Source: Antedon mediterranea
Taxonomy: Eukaryota > Animalia > Echinodermata
Reading direction: 5' to 3'
NCBI RefSeq assembly: GCF_964355755.1
Contig: NC_092670.1
Coordinates: 3,524,201 to 3,588,200 of the forward strand
DNA: 64,000 nt
Each line of letters starts with the position of its first letter. Position 1 is the first letter of the stretch. A program made the position numbers and the translations under genes. Positions 1-13,500 of the stretch are shown piece after piece. The notes beneath the pieces are model-generated. The model was not told where the DNA came from and ran no database searches. It saw only the letters and a program-made list of their open reading frames with translations.

Positions 1-47
1 ACAATGTTTACTCCAATTCAAAAGTCTATTTACAATGTTATATTTAG

Positions 48-1539
48 ACTGGTTCCATACGAAGCAAGCTAAACACATTGGTGCAATTCCCCGTCAACGG
101 ACTTGATTTATCACATTACCAAGAACGCAGACTTACGCAGGGATCACATACGAATACGTTGAACACGCTCACGAGTTGGTCACCATGGCGACATCATCGG
201 CGGCGCTCTATGCAATACAGTGACAGCAACATATACGATCTTTACGCAGTTTGCAACCACATGGGAACAATGAGCGGTGGACATTATACCGGTATGTTTT
301 AATCTTTTTAATTTATCTGCCCCAAATTCGTCAATTTTTTTCTGTCAGAAAATGAAGCAGCAAGAGAGTATGTAAACATGCGATCTAAAGCTCTGTCTCT
401 TTTTATGTGACAAAAACAATGTGAGGTGCCCATATATGGACATATTTGAGTGTATCAATGTATTTTTTGTCACATAAAGTTTGATAATGTAGACAGAGTC
501 TTAAGGACCAGACAAGAAAAACACCATAATTCATGACAAACAGAAAATTATCCAACAATTAACTAATATATTAGATCTACTATCTTTGTTGTTTTACAGC
601 CTATTGTAAAAACCCCACGGATAACCAATGGTACAACTTTGACGACACAAAGGTCATCGCAGTACAGGAAGACAAGGTCATCACAAAATCTGCATACATT
701 TTATTCTATCACCGCAGATGCGTATCAAATGGCAGCGTGAGCTCCGGTAGTTCCACAAGTTCGTCGACCTCCGAGCATTGGGTGTACAGGACGCCTGCAG
801 CAAAGGCGAATGGGTACAAGCACGCAAGTTCACAAGGAAGCTCCCAGGACGAAGAGATGCTTAGCGAAGCTGGTAAAAATAATATGTAGTTAGGAGGAGA
901 GTGAGGAGGGAATGATGATGGTATGGGTAGAGGCAGAGAATTAAAGAGATGCTTAGCGAAGCTGGTAAAAATAATATGTAGTTAGGAGGAGAGTGAGGAG
1001 GGAATGATGATGGTATGGGTAGAGGCAGAGAATTAAAGAGATGCTTAGCGAAGCTGGTAAAAATAATATGTTTTTAGGAGTTTGGAGGAGAAGGAGAGTG
1101 GGAAGGGAATGATGATAGAGAATTAGAGGTTGATTAGAGGTTGATTAGAGGTTGATTGATGGGAAAAAGCAGTTGAGAAAAATAGAAAGAAAAACAAAAC
1201 TAAAAAAAAAACATTTTTCCAAATTTCTTCCTAGTTCTTTGATACTATTTAAAATGCATTTGGAAAACCCAAGCACATTATATAAAGAGCAAAAAATATA
1301 AAGTTTGATTTGTTTTTGCAGAGTTAACTGAAAAGGATCCAAAGAAAAGAAATGCACTAGGAAGGTTACAGCGTTCGCTCAGCATGCGGCTGACATTACG
1401 GAAAACCAAAAAGAAACACATGCATGCACCGATACCAAGAATGACAGCAGAGGCAGCAACAGAAACCGAACCAATGCCTCAGACATTAGAGGCCGATGCT
1501 GACGGTTCCAGTGTGAATCCGCCAGAATCAAGTGTTTAG
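48..1539 (+). CDS. USP31: Ubiquitin-specific protease, USP31/USP43 family, last three coding exons (5' part outside window)
   Basis: Exons 48-291, 600-872, 1322-1539 join in frame. His-box [35 protein letters not shown]...SAYILFY, then SSGSSTSSSTSEHW and C-terminal PESSV*, as recalled for USP31/43. GT/AG boundaries, phases compatible. Confidence 0.85.
386..503. mobile_element. MITE family A (TIR AGCTCTGTCTACACTATCAAAC), degenerate copy
   Basis: taaagctctgtct...gtagacagagtctta with the family core gtgcccatatatggacat; better copies at 12214, 13533, 40383, 63433. Confidence 0.7.
853..1075 (+). repeat. 92-bp tandem duplication spanning the USP exon/intron donor
   Basis: agagatgcttagcgaagctggtaaaaataatatg starts at 853, 945 and 1037 (third copy partial). 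Confidence 0.9.
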
Positions 1540-3214
1540 GTTTGAAAGTTTTATTGATCTTTAAAAAGGAATATTCTATTAATAGATTATATAGTTATAA
1601 AGTTTATTTTATCTTTCATCACACTTCAGCTGACAAAAGATAGAATTTGAATTCTTCTTAAGTATGTTATGGATTTATCTATACAAAGAAACAATATTAC
1701 AAATGCCTAATTGAGTATAGGATTTAATTAGTGTGTATCGTGACTTTTCTGCTATGTAAGAATGCCTACTCTTTGAAAGCCATATTTTGAACCTAGCTTG
1801 GTAGGATATGAGATTTCATATTACTATATTACTGTACAATAAATAGAGATCTGCATAGATTGATTAGAAATGATTTCTCAAAAGTAGTTTAGTTTCAAAT
1901 GCTGTTTTTTAGGAATAGATTTTATAAAATTTTAAATCTGTTTTAGATCAATGGGACTCAATGTAAACAGATCAAATTATTGTCATTTTAAAAAGCATAC
2001 ATTTTTAATACCTACAATGTCTTTTCTACAAAGTCTTATCTGGTGTTTGATGATCAGCCCTATTCTCTGTACTGTATCTTATTTTGTTCAGTATCTTATG
2101 AAACATGCCATGATACGGTATGTTTGTCACAAGTCACAACTGTATCATAGGAATCATTTTGATGTCACATGTAATGCTGTATTTATAAATGTTACTCTAC
2201 TCAACATTTGCCTAGAGAATTGGCTATGATCTATGTATACTGTAAACTCAGATTAAGTATAGGTATCAGAAGAAAAAGGACCTTCCTAGACCAGGGTGAG
2301 TTTAGAATGCCTTTTCATAGACTCTCATTATTCTACACCTATTTGCAATTATGTATTTTAGATGTACAGTACTTGGTGTTGTCTTCTTTAGTCTGGAGGA
2401 CTACCCTTATTACCATTCCTTTTGTGTAGGTAGGTATGTAAGTAGCAATTCTTAACTTTTTGTGATAAATATAAACGTCCCAGCTATAATCCTTACCTAC
2501 GTTAAGTCACGCTTCTAACAGTCGAAATGTTACAACATTTTACTTTATATTTTAACTTTGTAAAGTAATAATGGAAAATGAAAAAATGTATAAAACTAAT
2601 CTGTACTGTGAATAAATTTGCAATAATCCTGTATTTTTTAGCAGAGTTTTAAAAAACAATAAATAATTTATTGTTTTCCAAATTTTACAACTACAATTGT
2701 ACAATTAATATTTTAAACCCATGTTTTCCTATGTATAAAGAATATTTTTAAATAATAAGTTATTCACATAATTGTGTTTAGTGATAACATTATTATAGCA
2801 TTCACCCAACAAGATAATGGATCAAAACCACTAAGTATGTGTTATAAGATGTTTGTATATTTTAAAATGTTGATAAATTGTTTTAAATGTAAATTATATT
2901 GTTAAATGTGTAACTATTCATATTATCAGAAAACCAGAATTTTTATACCTCTGATCAATGTATGTATATTTGTATAAACAAATTGATGTCTATTTTATCA
3001 ATTTTGTATTAATTTTTCCTCTTTTTTGGCTTGTTCTGATTACTATCAAAATCCAGAGGATGCTTTTTATTTAATTGTTGTTATTTTATTTGTACAAGTA
3101 GAATATATAAGTCAAACAACTTTTAGTCTTTGTAAATCTTTTTTAAAAACTCTACAGCAACGGGGTTAGATTTAGTCTGCCGTTCCGTTCTGTTCGTTTA
3201 ACTCTATTGGCTAT

Positions 3215-3530
3215 TAAAAAATAGTCGGTAGGCTAGCAAAATGGTCGGTGGACTAGTAAAAATGTGTAGGACTACTAGCAAAATGGTCAATGGACTATTA
3301 AAATGGTCAATGGACTATTAAAATGGTCAGTGGTCTTTAAAAATGGTCAGTGGACTAGTCAAATGGTCAATGGACTTGTCAAATGGTCAGTGGACTAGTA
3401 AAATGGTCAATGATCTTTTAACATGGTCAATGATCTTTTAACATGGTCAATGGACTAGTAAAATGGTCAATGATCAGTTAAAATTGTAAATGGAGTAGTC
3501 AAATGGTCAATAGACTTAGTCAAATGTTTG
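3215..3530. repeat. ~20-bp minisatellite (aaatggtcaatggactagta-like)
   Basis: About 15 degenerate tandem units visible. Confidence 0.9.
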
Positions 3531-4849
3531 TACAGTATACATTGCAAAGCCCTTAGTTATAATACTGATTACCAGTGCAGTTGTTTTAAATGTATATTCT
3601 TATTATAAATCTTGTATATTAATTCTATATATATAAATATTATGTTTTTGTCATACAAGCTCTTAGCAATCAAATAATATTTGCCAATTACAAAAGAGAC
3701 ACTAATTACGTCTTTAATTTTTATTTAATACTTATTTAATTTCTATTATTTAAAACTAATTTGGTGGCGGTGATTTTAATAATTTAAATCTATTTTGTTT
3801 TGTATTTTTTTCATTTTTATATTCAAATTTATATTTTATTTAAATTTTTTCAATTGTTAGTACAATTATTATTGTGATCCAACCCAAGACATTTTCTTGG
3901 CGGCGCTGTTGTAATGTCTGTAGAGGGCAGTAGAGTATATTTTAATGATTATATTTAACAAGAACTCAGTATTCATAAAGTAAGTTGTTAAGTGCAGTAC
4001 CTTGATGTTTTATGTATAATTATGTAAGCAAGTATTACAAGTAGGTACTTGATATTTAAATTATCGGAATTGTTGCCAAGTAAATATGATTTAAATTGTT
4101 TATGAGGTGCACTGGATAATATTCTAGTTAAAAATCTTAAAATTAGTTGCCAAAAATTCATTTATTGTAGAGATTTCCAACAAATGTAATTGGGGACACC
4201 CCTATTAAGTGAACGCTATTATTAAAGGTACACTTTTTGGTTTCCCGGAGGTATCCCTACTGTATTATTGAGACAAAACTAAATATAATAATATACAGTA
4301 ATACCACAAACTAATAGTCTCATTCTAATCTATAAATTCATTCAGTTTCCTAAGAATATGCAATTGGTCTTTAAAAAATTGTTTTTCAAATCACTCACAA
4401 TTATGAAAAAAGGTGGAGCGAGTAAATTTTTCTCTGTATCTAGTTAATGCAAATGCCTAGTGCAGTCAGACTTTCTGTTTTTCACTATCAAGATCATTGC
4501 TGTGTGTATTATGAGACTAAATAAAGAATATACGTTTTTTGCCAACATTTTTATAGTTTAGTTTCTTGTAAAATAAAGTTTCAGCTTTTTCAAAATTCAA
4601 TCATTATGCGATAAAAATCATTGTAATTTTCAAAATGGCCAAAATATGGACTAATAAATATACTTATGTATAAAAATATGTAATATCATGATATTTCTAT
4701 AAAAGGGTTGAAGTTTGGCCATTTTTAAAATTACAATGATTTTTATCGCATCATTTTTATTTTAAAATGGCCAAAATAACTCCTTTTTAAAAAACGTATT
4801 AAGGTAACATGCGCAGAAGACATGTGATTCTGCACATGTTATAGTTTCG

Positions 4850-7513
4850 AAAAAAATCCCTGTACTATAGTACAGCGATTACTTTAAAAATCCATGTACT
4901 ATAGTACAGCAATTACTTTAAAAATCCATGTACTATAGTACAGTGATTACTTAAAAAATCCATGTACTATATTACAGGGATTACTTAAAAAATACCTGTA
5001 CTATAGTTCAGCGATTACTTAAAAAATCCATGTACTATAGTACAGCAATTACTTTAAAAATCCATGTACTATAGTACAGCGATTACTTAAAAAATCCATG
5101 TACTATAGTACAGTGATTATTTAAAAAATACCTGTACTATAGTTCAGCGATTACTTAAAAAATCCATGTACTATAGTACAGCGATTACTTAAAAAATCCA
5201 TGTACTATAGTACAGTGATTATTTAAAAAATACCTGTACTATAGTTCAGCGATTACTTAAAAAATCCATGTACTATAGTACAGCAATTACTTTAAAAATC
5301 CATGTACTATAGTACAGCGATTACTTTAAAAATCCATGTACTATAGTTCAGCGATTACTTAAAAAATCCATGTACTATAGTACAGCATTACTTCAGAAAT
5401 CCATGTACTATAGTACAGCAATTATTTCAAAAATCCATGTACTATAGTTCAGCGATTACTTAAAAAATCCATGTACTATAGTACAGCAATTACTTTAAAA
5501 ATCCATGTACTATAGTACAGCGATTACTTTAAAAATCCATGTACTATAGTACAGCGATTACTTTAAAAATCCATGTACTATAGTTCAGCGATTACTTAAA
5601 AAATCCATGTACTATAGTACAGCATTACTTCAGAAATCCATGTACTATAGTACAGCAATTATTTCAAAAATCCATGTACTATAGTTCAGCAATTACTTAA
5701 AAAATCCATGTACTATAGTACAGCAATTACTTTAAAAATCCATGTACTATAGTACAGCGATTACTTTAAAAATCCATGTACTATATTACAGCGATTACTT
5801 AAAAAATCCATGTACGATAGTTCAGCGATTATTTAAAAAATCCCTGTACTATAGTACTGAGCGATTACTTAAAAAATCCATGTACTATAGTACAGCGATT
5901 ACTTAAAAAATCCATGTACTATATTACAGCAATTACTTAAAAAATCCATGTACGATAGTTCAGCGATTACTTAAAAAATCCATGTACTATAGTACAGCAA
6001 TTATTTCAAAAATCCATGTACTATAGTACTGAGCGATTACTTAAAACATCCATGTACTATAGTACAGCGATTACTTTAAAAATCCATGTACTATAGTACA
6101 GCGATTACTTAAAAAATCCATGTACTATATTACAGCGATTACTTAAAAAATCCATGTACGATAGTTCAGCGATTATTTAAAAAATCCCTGTACTATAGTA
6201 CTGAGCGATTACTTAAAAAATCCATGTACTATAGTACAGCGATTACTTAAAAAATCCATGTACTATATTACAGCAATTACTTAAAAAATCCATGTACTAT
6301 AGTCTGAGCGATTACTTAAAAAATCCATGTACTATAGTTCAGCGATTATTTAAAAAATCCATGTACTATAGTACCGAGTGATTATTTAAAAAATCCATGT
6401 ACTATAGTACTGAGCGATTACTTAAAAAATTCATGTACTATAGTACTGAGCGATTACTTTAAAAATCCATGTACTATAGTACAGCGATTACTTAAAAAAT
6501 CCATGTACTATAGTACAGCGATTACTTAAAAAATTCATGTACTATAGTACTGAGCGATTACTTAAAAAATCCATGTACTATAGTACAGCGATTGTTTAAA
6601 AAATCCATGTATTATAGTACAGCGATTACTTAAAAAATCCATGTACTATAGTACAGCGATTACTTAAAAAATCCATGTACTATAGTACAGCGATTACTTT
6701 AAAAAATCCATGTACTATAGTTCAGCGATTACTTAAAAAATTCATGTACTATAGTACAGCGATTACTTAAAAAATCCATGTACTATAGTTCAGCGATTAC
6801 TTAAAAAATCCATGTATTATAGTACAGCGATTGTTTAAAAAATCCATGTACTATAGTACAGCGATTACTTAAAAAATCTATGTACTATAGTACTGAGCGA
6901 TTACTTAAAAAATCCATGTACTATAGTACAGCGATTACTTTAAAAATCCATGTACTATAGTACAGCGATTACTTAAAAAATCCATGTACTATATTACAGG
7001 GATTACTTAAAAAAATCCATGTACTATAGTACAGCGATTACTTAAAAAATTCATGTACTATAGTACTGAGCGATTACTTAAAGAATCCATGTACTATAGT
7101 ACAGCGATTGTTTAAAAAATCCATGTACTATAGTACTGAGCGATTACTTAAAGAATCCATGTACTATAGTACAGCGATTACTTAAAAAATCTATGTACTA
7201 TAGTACTGAGCGATTACTTAAAAAATCCATGTACTATATTACAGCAATTATTTAAAAAATCCATGTACTATAGTACTGAGCGATTACTTAAAAAATCCAT
7301 GTACTATATAGTACAGCGATTACTTAAAAAATCCATGTACTATAGTACTGAGCGATTACTTAAAAAATCCATGTACTATAGTTCAGCGATTACTTAAAAA
7401 ATCCATGTACTATAGTACAGCGATTACTTTAAAAATCCATGTACTTTATTACAGCGATTACTTAAAAAATCCATGTATTATATACAGCGATTACTTTAAA
7501 AAATCCATGTACT
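4850..7513. repeat. 34-bp satellite array, roughly 75-80 copies
   Basis: Unit aaaaaatccatgtactatagtacagcgattactt (tccatg at 5163 and 5197); contains the palindrome tgtactatagtaca; no unique spacers. Confidence 0.97.
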
Positions 7514-8193
7514 TTTTTGTTAAATGGCCACAAATATCTTCTATTTGAGTAACATTTTCTGTGCATGTTACAGTAATAAGTGTCATGGCAACAGTTATAT
7601 CAAAAAATAAAAGGGTCAAAATGTTGCCATTTTAAATGGCCAAAATAACTTTTTGAAATATGTTTTGAGGCAATGTCACATTATGAAGAAATAAAAGGGT
7701 CGAAATTTGGCATTTTTTTAGAAAAAAAATTACTGTGCTATAGTACAGAAATTTTATTTTGTGAAAAAATTTCGACTTTAACAAAATTTAATTATTATTT
7801 GTAATGCAATAATACAATTTATTTGGAGTAATTGTTTTCTGCTAATATACAGTGAAATCATGCATATACACTTACCTACGTACAAATATACACTTAAAAT
7901 AATGGTACCCCACCCAGATGTCATTTACGGAGTAATTCTGAATTTTAAATATCTTCAATATCACATTAAAGAGATAATTCCAATGGATTAATTGGCCAAA
8001 ACAGGATGGATAAATTAAAATCTAAAAATATAATTATAGAAAGAATTTGTGAGGTACTTAAATTAAATTCAGACTATTAGTTTCCACTTAGAATTATGTA
8101 TAATAAATAAAGCTTTATTAAGTCGCTCACTCCCAATCAGTTTGATTCTTATGAGACACATGTGCACTTGGGAGAACCCATTGCATCTCTGGG

Positions 8194-8550
8194 AAGAGTT
8201 AGAAGGAAACAAGGGTACTAGGCCATCTCTATACTTGTAAGTAAGAGAGTTAGAAGGCAACAAGGGTACTAGGCCATCTCTATACTTGTAAGTAAGAGAG
8301 TTAGAAGGCAACAAGGGTACTAGGCCATCTCTCTACTTGTAAGTAAGAGAGTTAGAAGGCAACAAGGGTACTAGGCCATCTCTATACTTGTAAGTAAGAG
8401 AGTTAGAAGGCAACAAGGGTACTAGGCCATCTCTATACTTGTAAGTAAGAGAGTTAAAAGGCAACAAGGGTACTAGGCCATCTCTATACTTGTAAGTAAG
8501 AGAGTTAGAAGGCAACAAGGGTACTAGGCCATCTCTATACTTGTAAGTAA
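8194..8550. repeat. 51-bp minisatellite, ~7 near-identical copies
   Basis: ggccatctctatacttgtaagtaagagagttagaaggcaacaagggtacta repeats (8221, 8272...). Confidence 0.95.
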
Positions 8551-8699
8551 GAAGAAAATAAAACAGTTGATGATGCAATAATGAAGATACTAGTTATTTA
8601 ATGAAAGGCCTACCTCCAACAGACTACTCTCTACAGTGGTCTTAAGCTGTATTGAAAGCAACAATTAAGAGATACAAATACAAGATAGCACAAACTTTA

Positions 8700-9115
8700 C
8701 TTTCTGAATTTTACTTAAGATATAGTGAACATTTTGCTTAAGATATATGGTGAAAAGTTTGCTTAAGATAGATTGAAATTACACTTCAGGTAGATTTAAA
8801 TTTTACTTAAGATGGAGTGAAAAGTTTGCTTAAAATAGATTGAAAATATACTTCAGATGGAGTGAAATTAAACTTCAGATAGTGAAATTTTACTTAAGAT
8901 AGAGTAAAATTTGACTTACGATAGTGAAATTTGACTTAAGATGGAGTGAAATTATACTTCAGACAAAGTGAAATTTTACTTAGGATAGAGTAAAATTTTA
9001 CTTAAGATAGTGAAATTATACTTAAGATGGAGTGAAATCATACTTCAGATAGAGTGAAATTTTACTTACGATAGAGTGAAATTTTATTTAAGATAGTGAA
9101 ATTGTACTTAATATT
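8700..9115. repeat. Degenerate 21-23-bp tandem repeat (gtgaaattttacttaagatagag-like)
   Basis: Repeated gtgaaatt...acttaagat units. Confidence 0.85.
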
Positions 9116-9709
9116 TCTCTTAGCTAAAGTAATTTGATTCAATTTATATGTTCAAATGTAGTTCTTAATTGTTTTTATTTATTTAAATACAGTAGTAATA
9201 TCAACCATGAAAAGCGACCTTTGCAGATCTCCCTCGAGGTCTTAAATAACAGGGGTACAAAGAAAAGGGTGGGTTTTACCAAATTAAGATGGTAGCATGT
9301 CATATGGTACCAAACTAGGGTGGTAAGCTACAGTACATACCAATCATGTTACCAAACTATGATGATAGTATGCCATTAAGATGGTAGCATGATAAACATG
9401 TTACTAAAATAGTGGGGTAAGCTAGCAATTACTACACAGAGTTCACATTGAATTATAGGGACACTAAGGAAAGGGTTTGGTTTACTACAAATGGCCACAT
9501 TTGAATTGTATAATATTAATTAATAATAATACAGGATAAAAAAGATGCAGGCAACTACATAAGAAATTAGATTTTTTTCCCTACTCTTTACAATTAATTA
9601 ACCACAACTTTATGGTTAAACATATTCAAATACTTCTTGCAATTCACAATTTGAAGATGTTTGGAACACAAACTATTGATATTAGGATGGTGTTGAAAAA
9701 AACAAACAT

Positions 9710-9960
9710 GGCCTTGATGGGCCTGACACCAAGGCTGATCTCAATGCCTTAATGAGTCCGATGCCAGGGCTGGTCGCAAGGCCTTGATGGGCCTGACGCC
9801 AGGGGCTGATTGCAAGGCCTTGATGAGTCCGATGCCAGGGCTGGTCGCACGGCCTTGATGATACCGATGCCAGGGCTGGTCGCAAGGCCTTAATGGGCCG
9901 GACATCAAAGCTGATCTTAAAAGCTTGATGGGCCGGACACCAGAGCTGGTCTGGAGGCTT
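9710..9960. repeat. ~35-bp GC-richer minisatellite, ~7 copies
   Basis: aaggccttgatgagtccgatgccagggctggtcgc variants at 9778, 9814, 9849, 9884. Confidence 0.88.
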
Positions 9961-10561
9961 TGATTATCTTATACTGCTATCTATGGCAGTACTTAAACAA
10001 CATTTAATTCCCTGTCTTATTTTACTTAAAACACACTTCAAAATGTATCATTTATACATCTTTAAATTAGTTTACTTACATTATATATATATTAAATCTG
10101 GCAGCACCAGCTTATTTAAATATGTACAATTAAAGTTATGACTATTTATAAGATGTCTTAATATTTAATACTGTGTAAAGCATTTTGAGGTCATGGATTT
10201 TGATATGCATTATTCTTGTCTTAAATATTTATGAGCTTCATTAATATTCATATTATATTATCAATATTAATGAGCTTATTTAAATAATGCATATTGTTAA
10301 CTTATTTTACTGTTGGCACCAACAACATGTGTATTCACCTAATTTTCATATTCAAATTTTAAAATGAATATTCATTCTCCAAAATAACATGTATCTCCAT
10401 ATGCTAATTAGTTTGATGAATATTTGAATATTCAGCAGTATGTCTGGTTAAGATAGCACTTCATTGAGATTCAATGATTCCTTAGAGTACTGAAACATAC
10501 AGAACTGAGTGATCCACAGCCAAGAGGTTATGCTAATTATGTTAATTAGTCTTCTGAATAT

Positions 10562-13500
10562 TCAAACAGTAATTTTGACCATGCCATGCACATTACCGGA
10601 CGATGCAGATCCTGTACGGTTGATCCGTTTTGCAGAACTGAAAACAGACGGAAATGAAACAGATGTTACTAATGACAGCATGCGAACAAAATGCAATGAG
10701 TATAAATGGCGACAGCTTAATTTGCATAAGGTGTCAGAAATTAACCTGCCTAAAGTTAAAAAAGAGATTAACTAAATTGAAAAGATGAAAATAGGGAATC
10801 TAAAATTAGTTTTCTGTTAGATAGTTTTTGTTTCTTTTTTTAAATATGTATTATATTATTAAACATTTTGTTAAGCATAAACAAATAATTGAACATTAAT
10901 GTGTTAGATCATGCACGTGACAGAGTATTAGTTATATCATAAAATCTGACAATGTCCGTGGCAGTCTTGGACTGAGTAGTAAAGCCTAACGACTAAGTAA
11001 GTGTAAAAGAGCTTTTTTTAGACTGGGTAGTGATGTATGGGTTCTTAGAGACAACTGAATATTCAATTGTATATATTTGCCACTATTTACCAATATAAAA
11101 TAATTATGCTATATATATATATCATGTTAGTAAATTAAATTTACATAATTTAGTTTAAAAAAATAATATTTCACACACAAAAATACGTATAAACTCTCAA
11201 CAATGATTAGACAGTAACTAGACAGTGATTTCGAATCAGGATAACACCGTACAGATTCGGATGATTTCAGTACATATAAACCTTAACTCTACATGAATTT
11301 GTTTTCCTATAATAATTTAAAAAGATATCACTTAATTACTTTTGAAAAACACAAAAAGATTAAAAGCCTAAGAAAGTGGGTTGGCTACCTTGGAGAATCA
11401 ACAGGACTGGTTGCTTTACGAGGCTGATCTTTGACAAAGTTTCTACAAGATGCAAGCTTGTTTTCCAAGGCCTAGAAGAACATTAGAGAATACAAAAAAA
11501 CATTTACAAAATTGTATACAATATGATACTACATGCATGATATGTGAAAACAGTTGAATGAGAGGAGAAAAGATTAAAAGTTGAGTTTAGAGTTGAACAT
11601 CAGATGATAATGAATGATTCTTTGCAACAGCCATACAGTATTAAAGTGTAAACAATTCTTTTCATTAAATCAATTACGAGAGATTAGATGGAAAATACCA
11701 AGAAGAATGACTACCTGTAATTAGATTGACTGACCTCTAGAGGGCCAGGTCTGTCTAATGACAGGGTCATATATGTGACTCAGTTGGTGTGTGCCTTCGT
11801 CTCAGTTGATGGTGTTTTGAACATTTACAATCATGCATACAGTATATCTTATTGTTATGTTACCTTTGTTTTTATTTCATTTATTTCCAAAAATTGCATA
11901 AAATAATCACTTTAATCAATCAATCAAAACTTACTCCAACTTTTCGCAGTAGATCACCAACAATATTTAAAGCGGATATTCGTGCTGTAGGTGTTAGTGG
12001 CGTTCCACCTGGAGATACTAACGGACCACGGATACTTTCCAGCGGATTTCCTGCTATATTTCCTAAAATACGGATCAAAAACGAAAATATTTAATCAAAA
12101 ATTATCCCATTACTTCTTACTATTGATACTATGGCCACTGACAACAAACATAAAACAGAAGCTGCTTTGTGGTTTGTCTGTCTGTCTGGCAGCATCAATG
12201 GAAATGCTCTGACTAAAGCTCTGTCAACACTCTCAAACCTTATGTGACAACAAAATAGACAATGGACATGATGATGTCATATCACTAACATATTGGACAA
12301 TATTACTTAAGTACCATCTTTGTGCACATCACACTTTTTTTGACAAACTAGTTTGATAGTGTAGACAGAGCTTTAGAGAAGGTTTAACATATTGCTATAA
12401 TATGAAGGTAAAATATTAATTTCTTATTTTTAGGTGAAAGAACTGGACACCTTTACTGAATTATACAGTACAATGATCAAGATCAACAGTACTGTAGGTC
12501 TGCAGTGGGCCCATCAACAATTTAGGGTTCTGCTAAAAAGCACCAGTGAAGACCTCACAAATATCTAAGAACACTGTCACTGGTTCTTACCTGGAGGATC
12601 CTTCATGGCGGACTCAAGAGCTTGCTGTGCCTCGTGCAAGAGTTTGTTATCAGGTTGACTTCCTTCCACCATGTCAACTTGCATCTTTTCCTCTTTTACT
12701 CTGTTATTGTCGGGTGGCAGCTCAACAAGGCTGTCAATTTTCGGCCTTATTGGGATGTTTTCAGTCGTGGCTAGCTCTGAACGTAAATCTGTGAAATTTA
12801 TTGAATAAAATGAATGAATAATATGGAAATTGAACCTTCCTCATGTCTGATGATAATGGTCAAGCGGTGCCCCTGCCTTAACTGCTCGGCCATTTGACTA
12901 ACAATGCCTTATTATTATTAATAATGATCTACTGACCTCTAGCCTCATCTTTCAGCCGTTGCACTGTGATTTGTAAGCTTTCCTTTTCATCTAATTCACT
13001 CTCTAGAAATGCATTTCTTTCTATTGCCTGTAAAATAAAAATCATAAAATAATTAATTTATTTATCCAGGTAAGCAAGGCATGAAAAAAGCTTACAAATT
13101 AACAACATTTATGATTGTTTATAAATATTTCCTTCATGTTGCCATATACACTAGATCACTTGCTGGATTTCCAATCTACTGCTCTACAAAAAACTAAACT
13201 TAGATCCGAGATTGAGTAGCGCCACCACACTGACTATCTACTTTACAATGTAGTAGATCAAAGTGAAATGTCATCATAAATACTTACATGATTAAGTCTT
13301 GCTTCAAAATCTTCTAGTGAAACTACAGTGGTTCTAAAAGAAAAAAAATGTTGAAGTTTAGCAATAAAACAATACCACAATGCAATGCGATTGCAACTAC
13401 ATTCCTTTCCTGATTTATTAAAGATTGGTTCACACATGGATGCAATGCAAAGAAATGTGTGTGCATCCTTGTACTCTGTTCCAGTGGGAACCCACCTTAA

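Noticed and set aside
1359-1361. Alternative USP last-exon acceptor at 1360
   Set aside because: In frame but lacks a polypyrimidine tract; 1321 acceptor preferred.
4850-7513. CRISPR-like array (palindromic ~34-bp repeats)
   Set aside because: Units are contiguous with no unique spacers, no cas genes, and the context is a spliced animal genome.
8069-8578. ORFs of repeated LLPSNSLTYKYRDGLVP
   Set aside because: By-product of a 51-bp minisatellite; non-ATG starts, broken frame, no splice support.
9682-9885. 67-aa minus-strand ORF as NDEL1 last exon
   Set aside because: Lies in a 35-bp repeat; a better in-phase terminal exon exists at 10637-10562.
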